DNA of 64,000 nt from Candidatus Bathyarchaeota archaeon (GCA_963733055.1 CAVTBR010000001.1:1120001-1184000), one strand, 5' to 3'. Shown: positions 19,479-29,382, counted from the stretch's first letter. Notes: generated by a model from the sequence alone, not told the origin. A program made the numbers and translations.

Positions 19479-21104
19479 TTATTCCGGTGGGATCAGTTGG
19501 AATGCTTTCTCGAAGGGGAGGCCGGATTTCCTTCTGTACCAGGCGGCAATGTAGAACCAGGCTACGCAAGCTACGAAGAGGCCGATCAGGGCTGCGAGGA
19601 AGGGGAAGTAGAGGTTGGCCGCAAGGGTGCCTGCTCCGAAGTAGAAGATGTAATCGTAGCTGTAATATCCGATCGTGGCGAGGCTGTAAATTAGGGAAAT
19701 CAGCCCAAGCCAGACAATCACAGGGACCCCGAGTATTTTCCTCCTAATAGGGCATGAGGTTTCGTAGAGCTCTTTCCTTCGGTATGGGAATAATATCGCC
19801 GAGATCGAAAGAAAGACGAACGTCAACCCAATCGCGGCGAGTCCTGCGTATGAGTAGAATAGGAAGGCGGTGGAAGCTGTGGCTGGGCCTACCAATCCGC
19901 TGAGGAAGACTAGGAAGACTTCTCCTCCCGCGGCGGAGATCAGGATTGCGTTGACTGGGCTATGCAATCTGTCATTGACGTCCGCAACGAAAGCTGGTGT
20001 GAGCCTATCAAATGCGTAGGCAAACAGTTGCCTTGACTGCGCGAAAATACTCTGGGGTGCAACCAGCAGGAAGCCCGCGACCACGCCTATGCCGATGAAC
20101 CAGACGAGAATGGGGTTGTTTGTGAGAATGCCCGCGAACAAAGTCAGGTTAGGAATAACCGGTAATGGATTCGATGCGTAGCCGAGGCCGTAGTAACCGG
20201 CGCCCGCAAGAAAATCAGCGCCCAATGTTCTGTACGCAATTCCTAGAACCAGAAGTGTCGGAACGAAGACTACGAGGAAACTTCCAAAGAGTGCGAACCC
20301 TCCATTCTTTCTAATCTGCTTCGTCTCTCCCGCCAAATAGTTAGAGCCGTAAACCCAGAAGAGAACGGTGAACCACAACGGAATCAACACGAAGGTATAG
20401 GGTCCCAGCGGATCGGTTGGAACTGAACCACCCCAGTACGTACGTCCTGCCATCGTGAAATTTTCATATGCGCTCTGCACGCCTTGCTTGGCCGCGTAGC
20501 TATCAAAGGCGTTCGCGAAGGAAGTTGGGTTAGTTGTTAGGAAGAGGATGATGGCAATGGCTACCCCAAGCATCGCCACGATCATTGCAACGTTCTGAAT
20601 CCTGAAGTATAGGCGGGTGCTGAAAATTACGATCAGGGTGAATGCAACGATTGCAACGGTGCCAACGAGGAAGGTGGTGAGGGGGTTGAAGGCGCTGGCG
20701 GCGTTGGTCGCCCACTGCTGGCCGGTAAGCGAGCCGTAAACGCTCAGGGTCTGGGCCAAGCCTTGGCTTGAGAATAAAGCGGCGGCATCTCCGATCCAAA
20801 ACCAATTGAAGAAAGCGTAGCCCGCAAAGTTCGCCGCTAACCCGATGGACGGGTTGATTACCCTACTCATGAACACGTAATCGCCCCCGGTCCTCGGCAT
20901 GCTGCTCTGGAAGATGTGGTAGACTCCGAGAAGCGCCAAAACCCCGGGAGCAGTAATTATCAGGCTTGTAATTGGATCGCCGCCGTACAACGGCGCGTAT
21001 TCCAATGCGTAAATGATGGACCACGCGGCTCCGAAGGAGACAACGTTAAACCACATCATATCGAAGCCCGAAAACGACCTGACGAGGCCGGTCGCTTCCC
21101 TCAC
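19479..21104 (-). CDS. APC-family amino acid/amine permease
   Basis: REATGLVR, MPRTGGDYV, AGE, FDR and C-terminal IPPE; true start may lie slightly upstream. Confidence 0.9.
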   Translation of the reverse strand: MREATGLVRSFSGFDMMWFNVVSFGAAWSIIYALEYAPLYGGDPITSLIITAPGVLALLGVYHIFQSSMPRTGGDYVFMSRVINPSIGLAANFAGYAFFNWFWIGDAAALFSSQGLAQTLSVYGSLTGQQWATNAASAFNPLTTFLVGTVAIVAFTLIVIFSTRLYFRIQNVAMIVAMLGVAIAIILFLTTNPTSFANAFDSYAAKQGVQSAYENFTMAGRTYWGGSVPTDPLGPYTFVLIPLWFTVLFWVYGSNYLAGETKQIRKNGGFALFGSFLVVFVPTLLVLGIAYRTLGADFLAGAGYYGLGYASNPLPVIPNLTLFAGILTNNPILVWFIGIGVVAGFLLVAPQSIFAQSRQLFAYAFDRLTPAFVADVNDRLHSPVNAILISAAGGEVFLVFLSGLVGPATASTAFLFYSYAGLAAIGLTFVFLSISAILFPYRRKELYETSCPIRRKILGVPVIVWLGLISLIYSLATIGYYSYDYIFYFGAGTLAANLYFPFLAALIGLFVACVAWFYIAAWYRRKSGLPFEKAFQLIPPE

Positions 21105-21386
21105 GAAGACCGGATACTTTTGACCCGTAGAGTTTCCCCCACAAAAATCCTGGTCAAGAGGTCTTAAGCCTTGCGAAACTCTAACCGGATACGGTAGATA
21201 GCCCCGGAAAGATTCAGGAAGCGATCCGAAACAAATTTGCTTGGGTATTGCTGAAGAGTGGTCTTGTTAGAGGGCCCAGCTCTCGTTTCCGGTCTCTTTC
21301 ATGCAGGAAGCATTTTCGGGCGCCCTGTTTGGAGCAGAGATGCCGAACTTAACAGCGGGGATACCGACTCTGCATCCCAACATGAC

Positions 21387-21866
21387 TCATTGACGCCGAC
21401 GAACGCTGACTTCGAAAGCATGGTCGCGGTCTAAGATGGGTTGATCTCTACCGCAAGTTTTCGTGTTGGATCTCTCCGCTTGTTCTAAGATGTTTTCAAT
21501 GAGTTGAAGGTGTTCCTTGAGTCCGGTGTTGGGGGCGTCAACGAATTTTAAGCCCGATTTGGCGTAGATCTTTCGTGCGATGAGTCTTTCAAGGGTCGCG
21601 CCGCCTCTTCCAAAAGTTCCCTCTAGGAGTTTAGAGAATTCGTCGAGGTGTGTCGGTATCTCTTCCCTAGCGAGTGAACTTTGGCGGGCCAGATGGTCGT
21701 ATATGGCTTCTCGGACTCTACAGCCGAGCACCTCAGTTAAGACGGCGTCAATGCTTTCGAGCAGGTGTTGGTGAGGCTGCCTGGGGGCATACGGTCCTTG
21801 AATTGGCCCCCCAAGGATGGGTTTCTGGTCGGTTGGGGTGTACCTCAGGCGGGGGTCAACTGACAT
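21387..21866 (-). CDS. DUF3227/NitrOD5-like small helical protein (paralog 1)
   Basis: ESIDAVLTEVLG...AIYDHL...EEIP...F...LEGTFGRGG..LERLIARKIY. Confidence 0.75.
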   Translation of the reverse strand: MSVDPRLRYTPTDQKPILGGPIQGPYAPRQPHQHLLESIDAVLTEVLGCRVREAIYDHLARQSSLAREEIPTHLDEFSKLLEGTFGRGGATLERLIARKIYAKSGLKFVDAPNTGLKEHLQLIENILEQAERSNTKTCGRDQPILDRDHAFEVSVRRRQ

Positions 21867-21963
21867 ATCGAGTCTCGATACATAGGTGTACCATGTAAGG
21901 TATATTAGTGTTTCACACAGTTGAGCTTACGCTCAACAGCTGCACAACCACTCAAGAAAGTAC

Positions 21964-22317
21964 TCAGTCAGCCAGCGGCTCGACATCATCCAACCGTCTG
22001 GATGTCATTTCAACATAATCAACGAGGGCGAAATGTGGCGATTCGACCGGTTCTATTCCCAGATGGGTGCAAAGTCGTTTCGCGATCTCCCTTCCTATAA
22101 CTCCAGCACCTCTCCCGAATTTGTCCTCCAGAAAGGAATCGAATACGGGCAGGTTCTCGGCAAGCCGATACCGCGGCACTCCATGTTTTTCTAGGTACCC
22201 ATAGATTACCTGTGTAGCGTGTTCTCCTAGAAGATCTCTCATGGTTTCATCGATCGACTCTGATAGGAGAGTTGAAAGGCCGTCATCAGCTTCACTCAAT
22301 TCCGACGGTGAGTCCAT
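21964..22317 (-). CDS. DUF3227/NitrOD5-like small helical protein (paralog 2)
   Basis: ESIDETMRDLLG...VIYGYL...LEDKFGRGA.VIGREIAKRL...LVDYV. Confidence 0.75.
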   Translation of the reverse strand: MDSPSELSEADDGLSTLLSESIDETMRDLLGEHATQVIYGYLEKHGVPRYRLAENLPVFDSFLEDKFGRGAGVIGREIAKRLCTHLGIEPVESPHFALVDYVEMTSRRLDDVEPLAD

Positions 22318-22563
22318 TCGTCTTCAGTCACAAAGGCGCTTTCTTTCGTCATCAACCTAGGTGGAGAGGGTGGAATCAAGAGGGCGAGAGTGGAATTAGT
22401 CGTCGAAAGTTGGTGTGCGCTCACACAACTGGTCAAACGGATTGGGCAGCATCCGGAGTTCTCTACAACCAATTGCTCATAATAAGTTGCAGTAACCCGC
22501 TCTCTGCTACGTACAGAACAGCTACGTTATGCCGTTGCGAACCATACTCTCCATTATGGTCGC

Positions 22564-24711
22564 TTGACAGGGGTGGGCCGATTGCTTCCAGTGCCCTCCA
22601 GTAATCAGCGAAGGTTCCTACGCGTGATCATGACCGCTGTATTTCTCTCGGCACTAATTTCACAGAATGCGACGATGGCCAAAGCGAATGGTGGCGGGTT
22701 GACTCAAAATCCATCGAGCTCGTCAACGCTTCGGTTGAATCGTTCCATGCAGGAGTATAATGAAATCTTGACAATCACATTCTATGATTGGACTGATCCT
22801 TGCAATCTGAAGTTTGGTGTTGCGAACCAGGGGCTTAGTTCTGTGATCATCACGAGCGTTAGCGTTAGTGATTTGATACATGAAGGATCCGGATTAGGTC
22901 TTAATTCTACAATAAGCCCTGGCGCAGAGCGCGACTATGCGATCGGTACGTGTGGTTCTTCCGCCTTCCACCCTGGTGTACAATACACGCTGCAAGTAAT
23001 TACAGCAGCAGGCAGCCACCTCACATTCCCAGTCTTTATCCAACATCCCGCCGTCACTCTTACATGCGATTGGAATATTCCCCCGCTCTTGTCTTGTCCG
23101 ACAAAGAGCATCAGCCAGAGTGGTGCGGCACAGTACACCATAGGGATTTCTGGAGCACCAAACACCGAGTATGAATTGAGTTTGGAAAGCCTTCAAACTT
23201 TGGGCAACTCGTTTACGCCCAACCCCGTGGTGACGGATAATGCCGGATCTGCTAGGGTGACTTTAAACATAGATCTAAGCGCAAACCCCGCCTACCAGTC
23301 CTACGCCTCGCCCTCTTGTCCCGGTGTCTACTCGTTCACTATAGTGGCTACAAGTCGATTAGGTTCCGGTGCAATAAGTGGTGTTCTTACTGTTATTCAG
23401 GTGGACGCCCCGCCTCAAGCCAGCATCACCACCAACAAACCCGAATACACGGCAGGGGACACGGTGGTCATACAGATTTGGCTAGCCCAATCAGCGCAAG
23501 GATTTCTAACGATTACTCCACCAGCAGGGCAGCCCGTAACATACACACTATTCGCTATGGCAGGGACTCAAGTTATTCTCGAAAAATCTATCACGGCTTC
23601 AAAACCGTACGGTGTCTGGACGGCGAGCATTCAGCTGAATGACTACTGCGCTCAGAGCGACGCCGCAGTAACTACGTTCACGGTGAAAGAGAAGACCTAC
23701 GATGTCCGAGTGGTTCTTTCTGGATTGTCTCCATCTGCCAGTACTAGGCTTCAGGTTGACGGAATAGACTCGATGGTCATCACTGGGGCGCAAACTGTCA
23801 ATGTGCCCCTCCCAGCCGATACGCCACACACAATCTCAGTCGACACATACTCCTCAAACGAAGCCGGTATGCGATATTATTGCCCTCATAATACGTGGCC
23901 AGTGAATTACGAGAGCAGACACACATTCAACTACCAACCCCAATACGAGTTATCGGTGACCACAGATCCGGCAAACATAACCACTGCAACAAGCGACGGT
24001 TGGTTCGACGCAAATGCCTCCGCGCAGACATTTCAAGCCAATGAAACCCTCCAGCGTCCCGGCGCGCAATACACGTTTGAAGGATGGGCAGTCGACGGTG
24101 CGTTGCAGACGGAAAACCAAGTTTCCCTCGTCATGGACAAGCCACACACGGCCGTCGCGAAGTACGACGCTCGGTACGAACTGACGGTTGACTCTCCGAA
24201 CGGGCTTGGGAATCCTCAGGGCTCGAGATATTACGAGGCTGGGTCAACAGCCAACTTCTCAGTTGAGACGCCGATCGGTTTTCTGATTGAACAAGTCTTC
24301 GTCCGATGGAATGGCGATTACAATGGCACCTCAAGCGAGGCTTCAATTGTAATGAGCAAGCCCATGGTGGTTCATGCGACTTGGACCACAAGCTACCTGC
24401 AGTTATACATCATGGCAGGATTAGCTGCCGTTGCGATAGCCACCGTAGTTCTCGTAGTCAGACATAAACACGGAAATCCACCACCAAAATACGAAAAGAC
24501 CAACGAAAATCTGGAGGCTAAGGCTGCATTCAATCATCCAAAAGTTGAGAGGACCGGGCTTGGTATGGAAAGCCATGCACCTACCACCCAACTTCCGGGT
24601 ACATCAACCATGCATCCCACGTCCGGAAGGCAATGTCGTTACTGCGGCGCGGAAGTGCGCCCAGACAAGGCAATTTGCGACAAATGCGGCATGCCCGCGG
24701 GTTACCTATAG
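22564..24711 (+). CDS. Membrane-anchored surface protein: pilin-head-like domain, Ig-like/B-repeat domains, TM helix, C-terminal Zn ribbon
   Basis: Signal peptide; ITFYDW..NQG..PG..YTLQVIT; YTFEGW and VFVRWNGD repeats; TM YIMAGLAAVAIATVVLVV; CRYCGAEV...CDKCGMPAGYL. Confidence 0.75.
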   Translation: MTGVGRLLPVPSSNQRRFLRVIMTAVFLSALISQNATMAKANGGGLTQNPSSSSTLRLNRSMQEYNEILTITFYDWTDPCNLKFGVANQGLSSVIITSVSVSDLIHEGSGLGLNSTISPGAERDYAIGTCGSSAFHPGVQYTLQVITAAGSHLTFPVFIQHPAVTLTCDWNIPPLLSCPTKSISQSGAAQYTIGISGAPNTEYELSLESLQTLGNSFTPNPVVTDNAGSARVTLNIDLSANPAYQSYASPSCPGVYSFTIVATSRLGSGAISGVLTVIQVDAPPQASITTNKPEYTAGDTVVIQIWLAQSAQGFLTITPPAGQPVTYTLFAMAGTQVILEKSITASKPYGVWTASIQLNDYCAQSDAAVTTFTVKEKTYDVRVVLSGLSPSASTRLQVDGIDSMVITGAQTVNVPLPADTPHTISVDTYSSNEAGMRYYCPHNTWPVNYESRHTFNYQPQYELSVTTDPANITTATSDGWFDANASAQTFQANETLQRPGAQYTFEGWAVDGALQTENQVSLVMDKPHTAVAKYDARYELTVDSPNGLGNPQGSRYYEAGSTANFSVETPIGFLIEQVFVRWNGDYNGTSSEASIVMSKPMVVHATWTTSYLQLYIMAGLAAVAIATVVLVVRHKHGNPPPKYEKTNENLEAKAAFNHPKVERTGLGMESHAPTTQLPGTSTMHPTSGRQCRYCGAEVRPDKAICDKCGMPAGYL

Positions 24712-24764
24712 GCGCGCGAAGGTTAGGTCTCGAACTCAGCAAGAGAGTGGGTTATGCGATTATC

Positions 24765-26570
24765 TTGAAACATGTAGTCAAATTGACAACCATTGTTTTG
24801 ATACTGCTATCTCTGATGGTTTCGATCAAAACGCAAGACGTTATGGGGGCTGGCGCGCCTGATTTCACATTGCCAGTTGTGGGTCCCAACGGGCTCACCG
24901 GTCAAACCGTAACTCTCTCATCGTTTCGGGATAAGGTGGTCCTTTTGGAGTTCATGGAACCTTGGTGCCCACACTGCCAGAACATGGCTCCGATCATCGA
25001 ACAGTTGAACGGCCAGTACGGAAGCGACGTAGTTTTCATCTCGGTTTCAGGCCCATGGAACGGCGCGACTGCCGATGGCACTGCCAAGTTCATATTGAGT
25101 TATGGTTCTACGTGGACGTACGTTTACGATTCATCTGGTACGGTATTCAGCGGCTACGGTGTCAATTCAACCCCCACATTCTACGTGATCGGAACCGATG
25201 GGTCCATTGCAAACACGTTCACGGGCGAACAATCGTACGAGGCTTTGGCGGCGAGTTTGACCTCGGCTCTACGCCCTAATCAAATTACTGTAGCAACCTC
25301 CACGACCGCGACAACTAACAGCCCTCAACCTCAAACCACGACCTCATCGCAAAACGTAACTCTAGTTGTTCCCCCACGGTATGAGTATTACTTCGGGTTT
25401 GATATGAATCCGGGTGATACCGCGATCTTTTCTTTTTCGGTATCGTCATGGCGTGGATCAGACGATGTTGGCTTTACGATAATTAGTTCAACTGGGACTG
25501 CTCTTCAAGCTGGAGGCACCGTTAGCAAATACTCGGGTAACCATACAGCACTGTTCCCGGGTAGATATTATCTCAGATTCGACAATAGCTATTCCATTTT
25601 CACGACCAAGACCATTTCGCTCTCTTACGCGATAATTCCTCCGACTGTAAGGATTGAAGAATACTGGTGGAATGGAAACACGATCACAGGTTACATTAGA
25701 AACTATGACACGTCGACCATCTACACGAACAATGCACAGGTATCGTTGAGTGGAGAGACTGTCGGAAGCCTCGAAGGCGCTTGTGGTCAGGCGCCTGTTG
25801 GTCCCGGTGAGAGCTGCGCCTTCTCAATTGAAGTTCCCAACGGTACTTGGACAATGGGAACCCCGTACATGCTCAAACTCGCGACTCCTAGCCACGACTA
25901 CTACTTTCCTGTAGTGGCTGGTGAAAATTCCGCGAGCGGAATCCAACCACAACCAAATCTCGTAACGTTCCAAACTGTGAGCGCTCAATCAATGACCCCA
26001 CAATCCGGGAACCAGACAATATTCTACGCAGACTATTTCGTGAGGAACGCATATGAGATGATCGGAGTAATCGCAGGCGGGGTTCTGCTAATCGCGGCTA
26101 TTGCCGGACTGGGAGCAATCTCTGTTGCTACCAGCAACATTGAGAAGAAACTCTACGAAGAACGAAGAACGAGAACTAGGGACCAACGAAGATATGTTCC
26201 GCTCTTGATAATGGTTAGCTTAGCTGCGCTCGGCATCATAATCCTCTCCATTGTTCTGCCATCACTCACAAGTTTTGACTTTGTCTCAAGAATCCCGTAT
26301 CTGCTTCCAGGAGTCTTGGTGCTAGTCCTAATCGCTTCAGTCGTCGCTCTGCTTGGACTGACAACTTCGATTCTTCGCGGGCGAAGGAGAAACCTGGGTG
26401 GTCTGGAAAGGAGTGAGGTAGAGCCGACCATCTCAATGGAGCCGCGCAAACCCGATCAGACCCCAATTCAACCTCAACAAGTTGAGAGGAGATGCCGTTA
26501 CTGCGGCGCGGAGGTAAACCCGGACAGGGTAACTTGCGACAAATGTCGGATGCCCGCAGGTTACCTTTAG
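24765..26570 (+). CDS. TlpA-like thioredoxin + GOLD-like + pilin-head-like domain, 3 TM helices, Zn ribbon
   Basis: Start reassigned to TTG 24765; APDFTL...WCPHC...YGVNSTPTF; GRYYLRFDNSYSIFTTKTI; CRYCGAEV...CDKCRMPAGYL. Confidence 0.8.
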   Translation: MKHVVKLTTIVLILLSLMVSIKTQDVMGAGAPDFTLPVVGPNGLTGQTVTLSSFRDKVVLLEFMEPWCPHCQNMAPIIEQLNGQYGSDVVFISVSGPWNGATADGTAKFILSYGSTWTYVYDSSGTVFSGYGVNSTPTFYVIGTDGSIANTFTGEQSYEALAASLTSALRPNQITVATSTTATTNSPQPQTTTSSQNVTLVVPPRYEYYFGFDMNPGDTAIFSFSVSSWRGSDDVGFTIISSTGTALQAGGTVSKYSGNHTALFPGRYYLRFDNSYSIFTTKTISLSYAIIPPTVRIEEYWWNGNTITGYIRNYDTSTIYTNNAQVSLSGETVGSLEGACGQAPVGPGESCAFSIEVPNGTWTMGTPYMLKLATPSHDYYFPVVAGENSASGIQPQPNLVTFQTVSAQSMTPQSGNQTIFYADYFVRNAYEMIGVIAGGVLLIAAIAGLGAISVATSNIEKKLYEERRTRTRDQRRYVPLLIMVSLAALGIIILSIVLPSLTSFDFVSRIPYLLPGVLVLVLIASVVALLGLTTSILRGRRRNLGGLERSEVEPTISMEPRKPDQTPIQPQQVERRCRYCGAEVNPDRVTCDKCRMPAGYL

Positions 26571-26798
26571 GCACACTAACGGTAGACTTCGAATCCGCTT
26601 GAGAAGAGAAAAGGAGCGGCAGACTCTCGATTCAACGCTCCGGTATGGGCGAGTCTGAGATTTACATAGGAAATGGCAAGGTTTTCCATGATTTCTGCTT
26701 AGGAATCCCTTAGCAGGGGCTAATGGAAATTTATTTGTTTTTGTCAATTCGCTCTAGGCATTTATAGGGTCACTTCAGGCAACAAATCTCGATCCACC

Positions 26799-27218
26799 TT
26801 GCATCCAAACGAGCTTGATGAGATATTACAACGATCCTCCGAGAAGTCGGAACCATTGACCTTCAACGCTAAGACTCTGGATGAGTTGGTTTGGGAATCA
26901 CTTGATGAGGTCCTGAATGGGCTTATCGGAAAGAAACCTACCGAAGCCATCTATGACCGATTGGAAAGGCACTTCTCAATTGCAAGGGACGACATTCCAC
27001 AAAATACGGAAACCCTCTTTGGCCTGGTGAAAGAGCTTTTCGGACAGAAGGGTAGCATGGTCATCTCTCGGTGCATCGCGAAACGGGTCTTCGAAAACCT
27101 CGGCTGGGAATTCACACAGGTTGAAGGGTTCGGGTTTTCGGATTACGTTGAAATGGCGAGGTCTCGCATCGCAAGAGAGCTGGCTCAAAAAGCAAGAACC
27201 CCTGTCGAAGAAAGGTAA
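26799..27218 (+). CDS. DUF3227/NitrOD5-like small helical protein (paralog 3)
   Basis: ESLDEVLNGLIG...AIYDRL...DDIP...ELFGQKGS.VISRCIAKRV...FSDYV. Confidence 0.75.
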   Translation: MHPNELDEILQRSSEKSEPLTFNAKTLDELVWESLDEVLNGLIGKKPTEAIYDRLERHFSIARDDIPQNTETLFGLVKELFGQKGSMVISRCIAKRVFENLGWEFTQVEGFGFSDYVEMARSRIARELAQKARTPVEER

Positions 27219-27228
27219 CATCCTCACG

Positions 27229-27978
27229 TTATCCTCTAGTAAGGGTTGAAATCAACCAGACAAGAAAGATCAGCGTGCCGACAACTACGCCAAGTCCTGC
27301 AATTAATGGCGCTAGGGACCCTCTCGGCGTAGAGGAAAAGCCTATGACGGCACCGGTCTCCGCGTCAAGTTGAAGCTGAAACTGTTTCGATCGAGACAAG
27401 GAGGAGGAACGGTGCGAGCCGCGAATCTCCCACATTCGCCTTAACTGGTTGAGAGTAACCTCGTTCAAAAACACTTGCGGTGATCTGCTCACTCTCGCAA
27501 CATAAGTCCTAGCAATCTCTTCAGCTCCTTCCGCCGATTTCACATAGCCAACAAATGTTAGTGGTGGTGTGAACTCTCTGATAAGAGTGGGGAGGGATCC
27601 GTTCAATGTCTGCAGAGCCTCGTGAAAGCGTGAAGCCGTAGTGCATACTGCGAGAAATCTGGTTTCACCTATTTCGGCAAAAATCACGCCTCCGTTTGCA
27701 TAGAGAAACCCGACAAGCTCCAATACGCTCGAGTTCTTGTTGAATTCGGTTGCAGCACCGAGAATAACTAGGGGAGTCAGTGCTCCGCTTTTGAGCGATT
27801 CATCGATCTCAAAGGCCACCTCCTCGCTACCGGCCTTCACAGCTTCCTCGACCACAACGAGTTTGCCGTCTCTTTCCTCGAGCGTGAAGACTTTCAGAAT
27901 GCTCGGGTGAAGAACAAGAATCTCGTCAGTTAACCTCACCGAATATGGCCCGGGGTGTTCTTGGTGCAATGCGGCCAT
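27229..27978 (-). CDS. Hypothetical protein: roadblock/profilin-like N-domain, PepSY-like domain, C-terminal TM
   Basis: AEEIARTYV...QLDAETGAVIGF PepSY-like pattern; terminal hydrophobic helix. Confidence 0.55.
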   Translation of the reverse strand: MAALHQEHPGPYSVRLTDEILVLHPSILKVFTLEERDGKLVVVEEAVKAGSEEVAFEIDESLKSGALTPLVILGAATEFNKNSSVLELVGFLYANGGVIFAEIGETRFLAVCTTASRFHEALQTLNGSLPTLIREFTPPLTFVGYVKSAEGAEEIARTYVARVSRSPQVFLNEVTLNQLRRMWEIRGSHRSSSLSRSKQFQLQLDAETGAVIGFSSTPRGSLAPLIAGLGVVVGTLIFLVWLISTLTRG

Positions 27979-28152
27979 GAAATGGAGAAGATGCAGGGCT
28001 TTTATCTGTTTCCAGCCAAGGCTGGGCCCCGATTTTGAGGCCCTGAGAACCGCCGTCCAGGAGTTCTGACCCTTGAATCCGAATTTTGCTGGTCCCTAGT
28101 TTCAAAAATCTTGGCTGCTACAGATAATCTGCACTCGAGGTGTTGCCTTCGC

Positions 28153-29382
28153 TCAGCCCACGCCTTTCGGCATTTCACGCAATCTCCCGACTGGGCCGAA
28201 GCGTATCATGAACGCGGCTAAGAGCGCGATCAGTGCACCGGCCGTCATTGCGGTAAGAATTCCGTATTGTGCCCCTATTATTCCTCCGATCAGCGCGCCG
28301 AGGGTCGCAGCACCATACCCAAATGTTCTCATGGTCGCGTTCATCCTCCCCTGAAGCTTGTCAGCGACAAGCATTTGGCGGAAGCTCACCTGATTGATGT
28401 TGTAGATTGGCAGTCCAATATTTGCTATTAACCAGAGCGAAGCCAAAAGAACTGCCGCCGGCCCATACATCGCCGCCTGAACCGCAAGCAGCCCTAGCCC
28501 GTTGATCACGAGAGCCGCTGTGAGCGATGATCCGAGGCCCATAAATTTGAGGAGTCTTGGGGCGGTTACTGCGCCGACTACGACGCCTATGCTTCCTACG
28601 CCGAGCGTGATACCGGCTATCACAGGGGTCATCTTCAGCTGATCGTAAATGAAGAGGTAGAAGACCGCGTAGAACATGGTGTTACCGATATTGAGGATTG
28701 AGGTGGATGCTACAAGGTTGCGCAACGTCGGGGTTTTCGCGACTACCCTCACGCCGTCCTTGAGTTCCCCCCAGAAGTGGCGCTCCATGGAGGGTGGTGT
28801 GGGCGGTTCAGGTTTCTTTATCGAAAGTATTGCGACTGCCGCGAACAAGGTGCCTAGCGCGTCCACCGCGATTGAGGGTGCCGCGCCAAGGATTTGAATT
28901 AGTCCTCCGGCAATCGGTGGGCCGACAACGGTCGCAGCCGAGAAGCTGGTTTCTAGCTTCGAGTTTCCCTCCACGAGGTCCTCCCTGGCGATCAGGGTTG
29001 GTAGGTAAGCCGTGTAAGCTACGTTGAAGAAAACTATGGTTACGCTCATGACCAGTGTTACGATGAAAAGCTGGTAGAGGCTTAGAATGCGGAGAAAGAA
29101 GGCTGCGGGAATGGACGCGAGTGCAATGACCTGGATTATGTTTGCCCAGATTAGCACGGGTCTGCGTCGCCACCTGTCGACCATGACTCCCGCGAAAAGC
29201 CCCAGGACGGGATAACCAACGTTATTGAACGCGTTCAAGAGCCCCATCTCGAGGGGGCCGGCGTTGAAGATCAGGATCGCTATAGTAGGCACGGCCAGGC
29301 TTGTAATTGAGTCACTAACCCACTCAACCGTCTCTCCCCCCCATAATCGAACGAAGTCCCCATGCCTCCATAACTTCCCCAC
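28153..29382 (-). CDS. MFS transporter (DHA3/EntS-like efflux)
   Basis: Start probably GTG 29382 (MGKLWRHGDFVRLW); GVMVDRWRRR motif A; LQGRMNA; 12 TM. Confidence 0.9.
   Translation of the reverse strand: MGKLWRHGDFVRLWGGETVEWVSDSITSLAVPTIAILIFNAGPLEMGLLNAFNNVGYPVLGLFAGVMVDRWRRRPVLIWANIIQVIALASIPAAFFLRILSLYQLFIVTLVMSVTIVFFNVAYTAYLPTLIAREDLVEGNSKLETSFSAATVVGPPIAGGLIQILGAAPSIAVDALGTLFAAVAILSIKKPEPPTPPSMERHFWGELKDGVRVVAKTPTLRNLVASTSILNIGNTMFYAVFYLFIYDQLKMTPVIAGITLGVGSIGVVVGAVTAPRLLKFMGLGSSLTAALVINGLGLLAVQAAMYGPAAVLLASLWLIANIGLPIYNINQVSFRQMLVADKLQGRMNATMRTFGYGAATLGALIGGIIGAQYGILTAMTAGALIALLAAFMIRFGPVGRLREMPKGVG

Noticed and set aside
21105-21145. Possible further homopolymer indel removing the true APC start (the in-frame GGNSTGQKYPVF extension lacks a start codon)
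   Set aside because: The GTG at 21104 gives a nearly complete protein; this cannot be decided without reads.
21920-21937. Hairpin GTTGAGC-TTAC-GCTCAAC between DUF3227 paralogs 1 and 2
   Set aside because: Isolated 7-bp stem not repeated upstream of the other paralogs.
26613-26657. Possible pseudoknot GGAGCG/CGCTCC + CAGACTC/GAGTCTG
   Set aside because: Short stems with a 9-nt inter-stem loop; plausible by chance and no supporting context.
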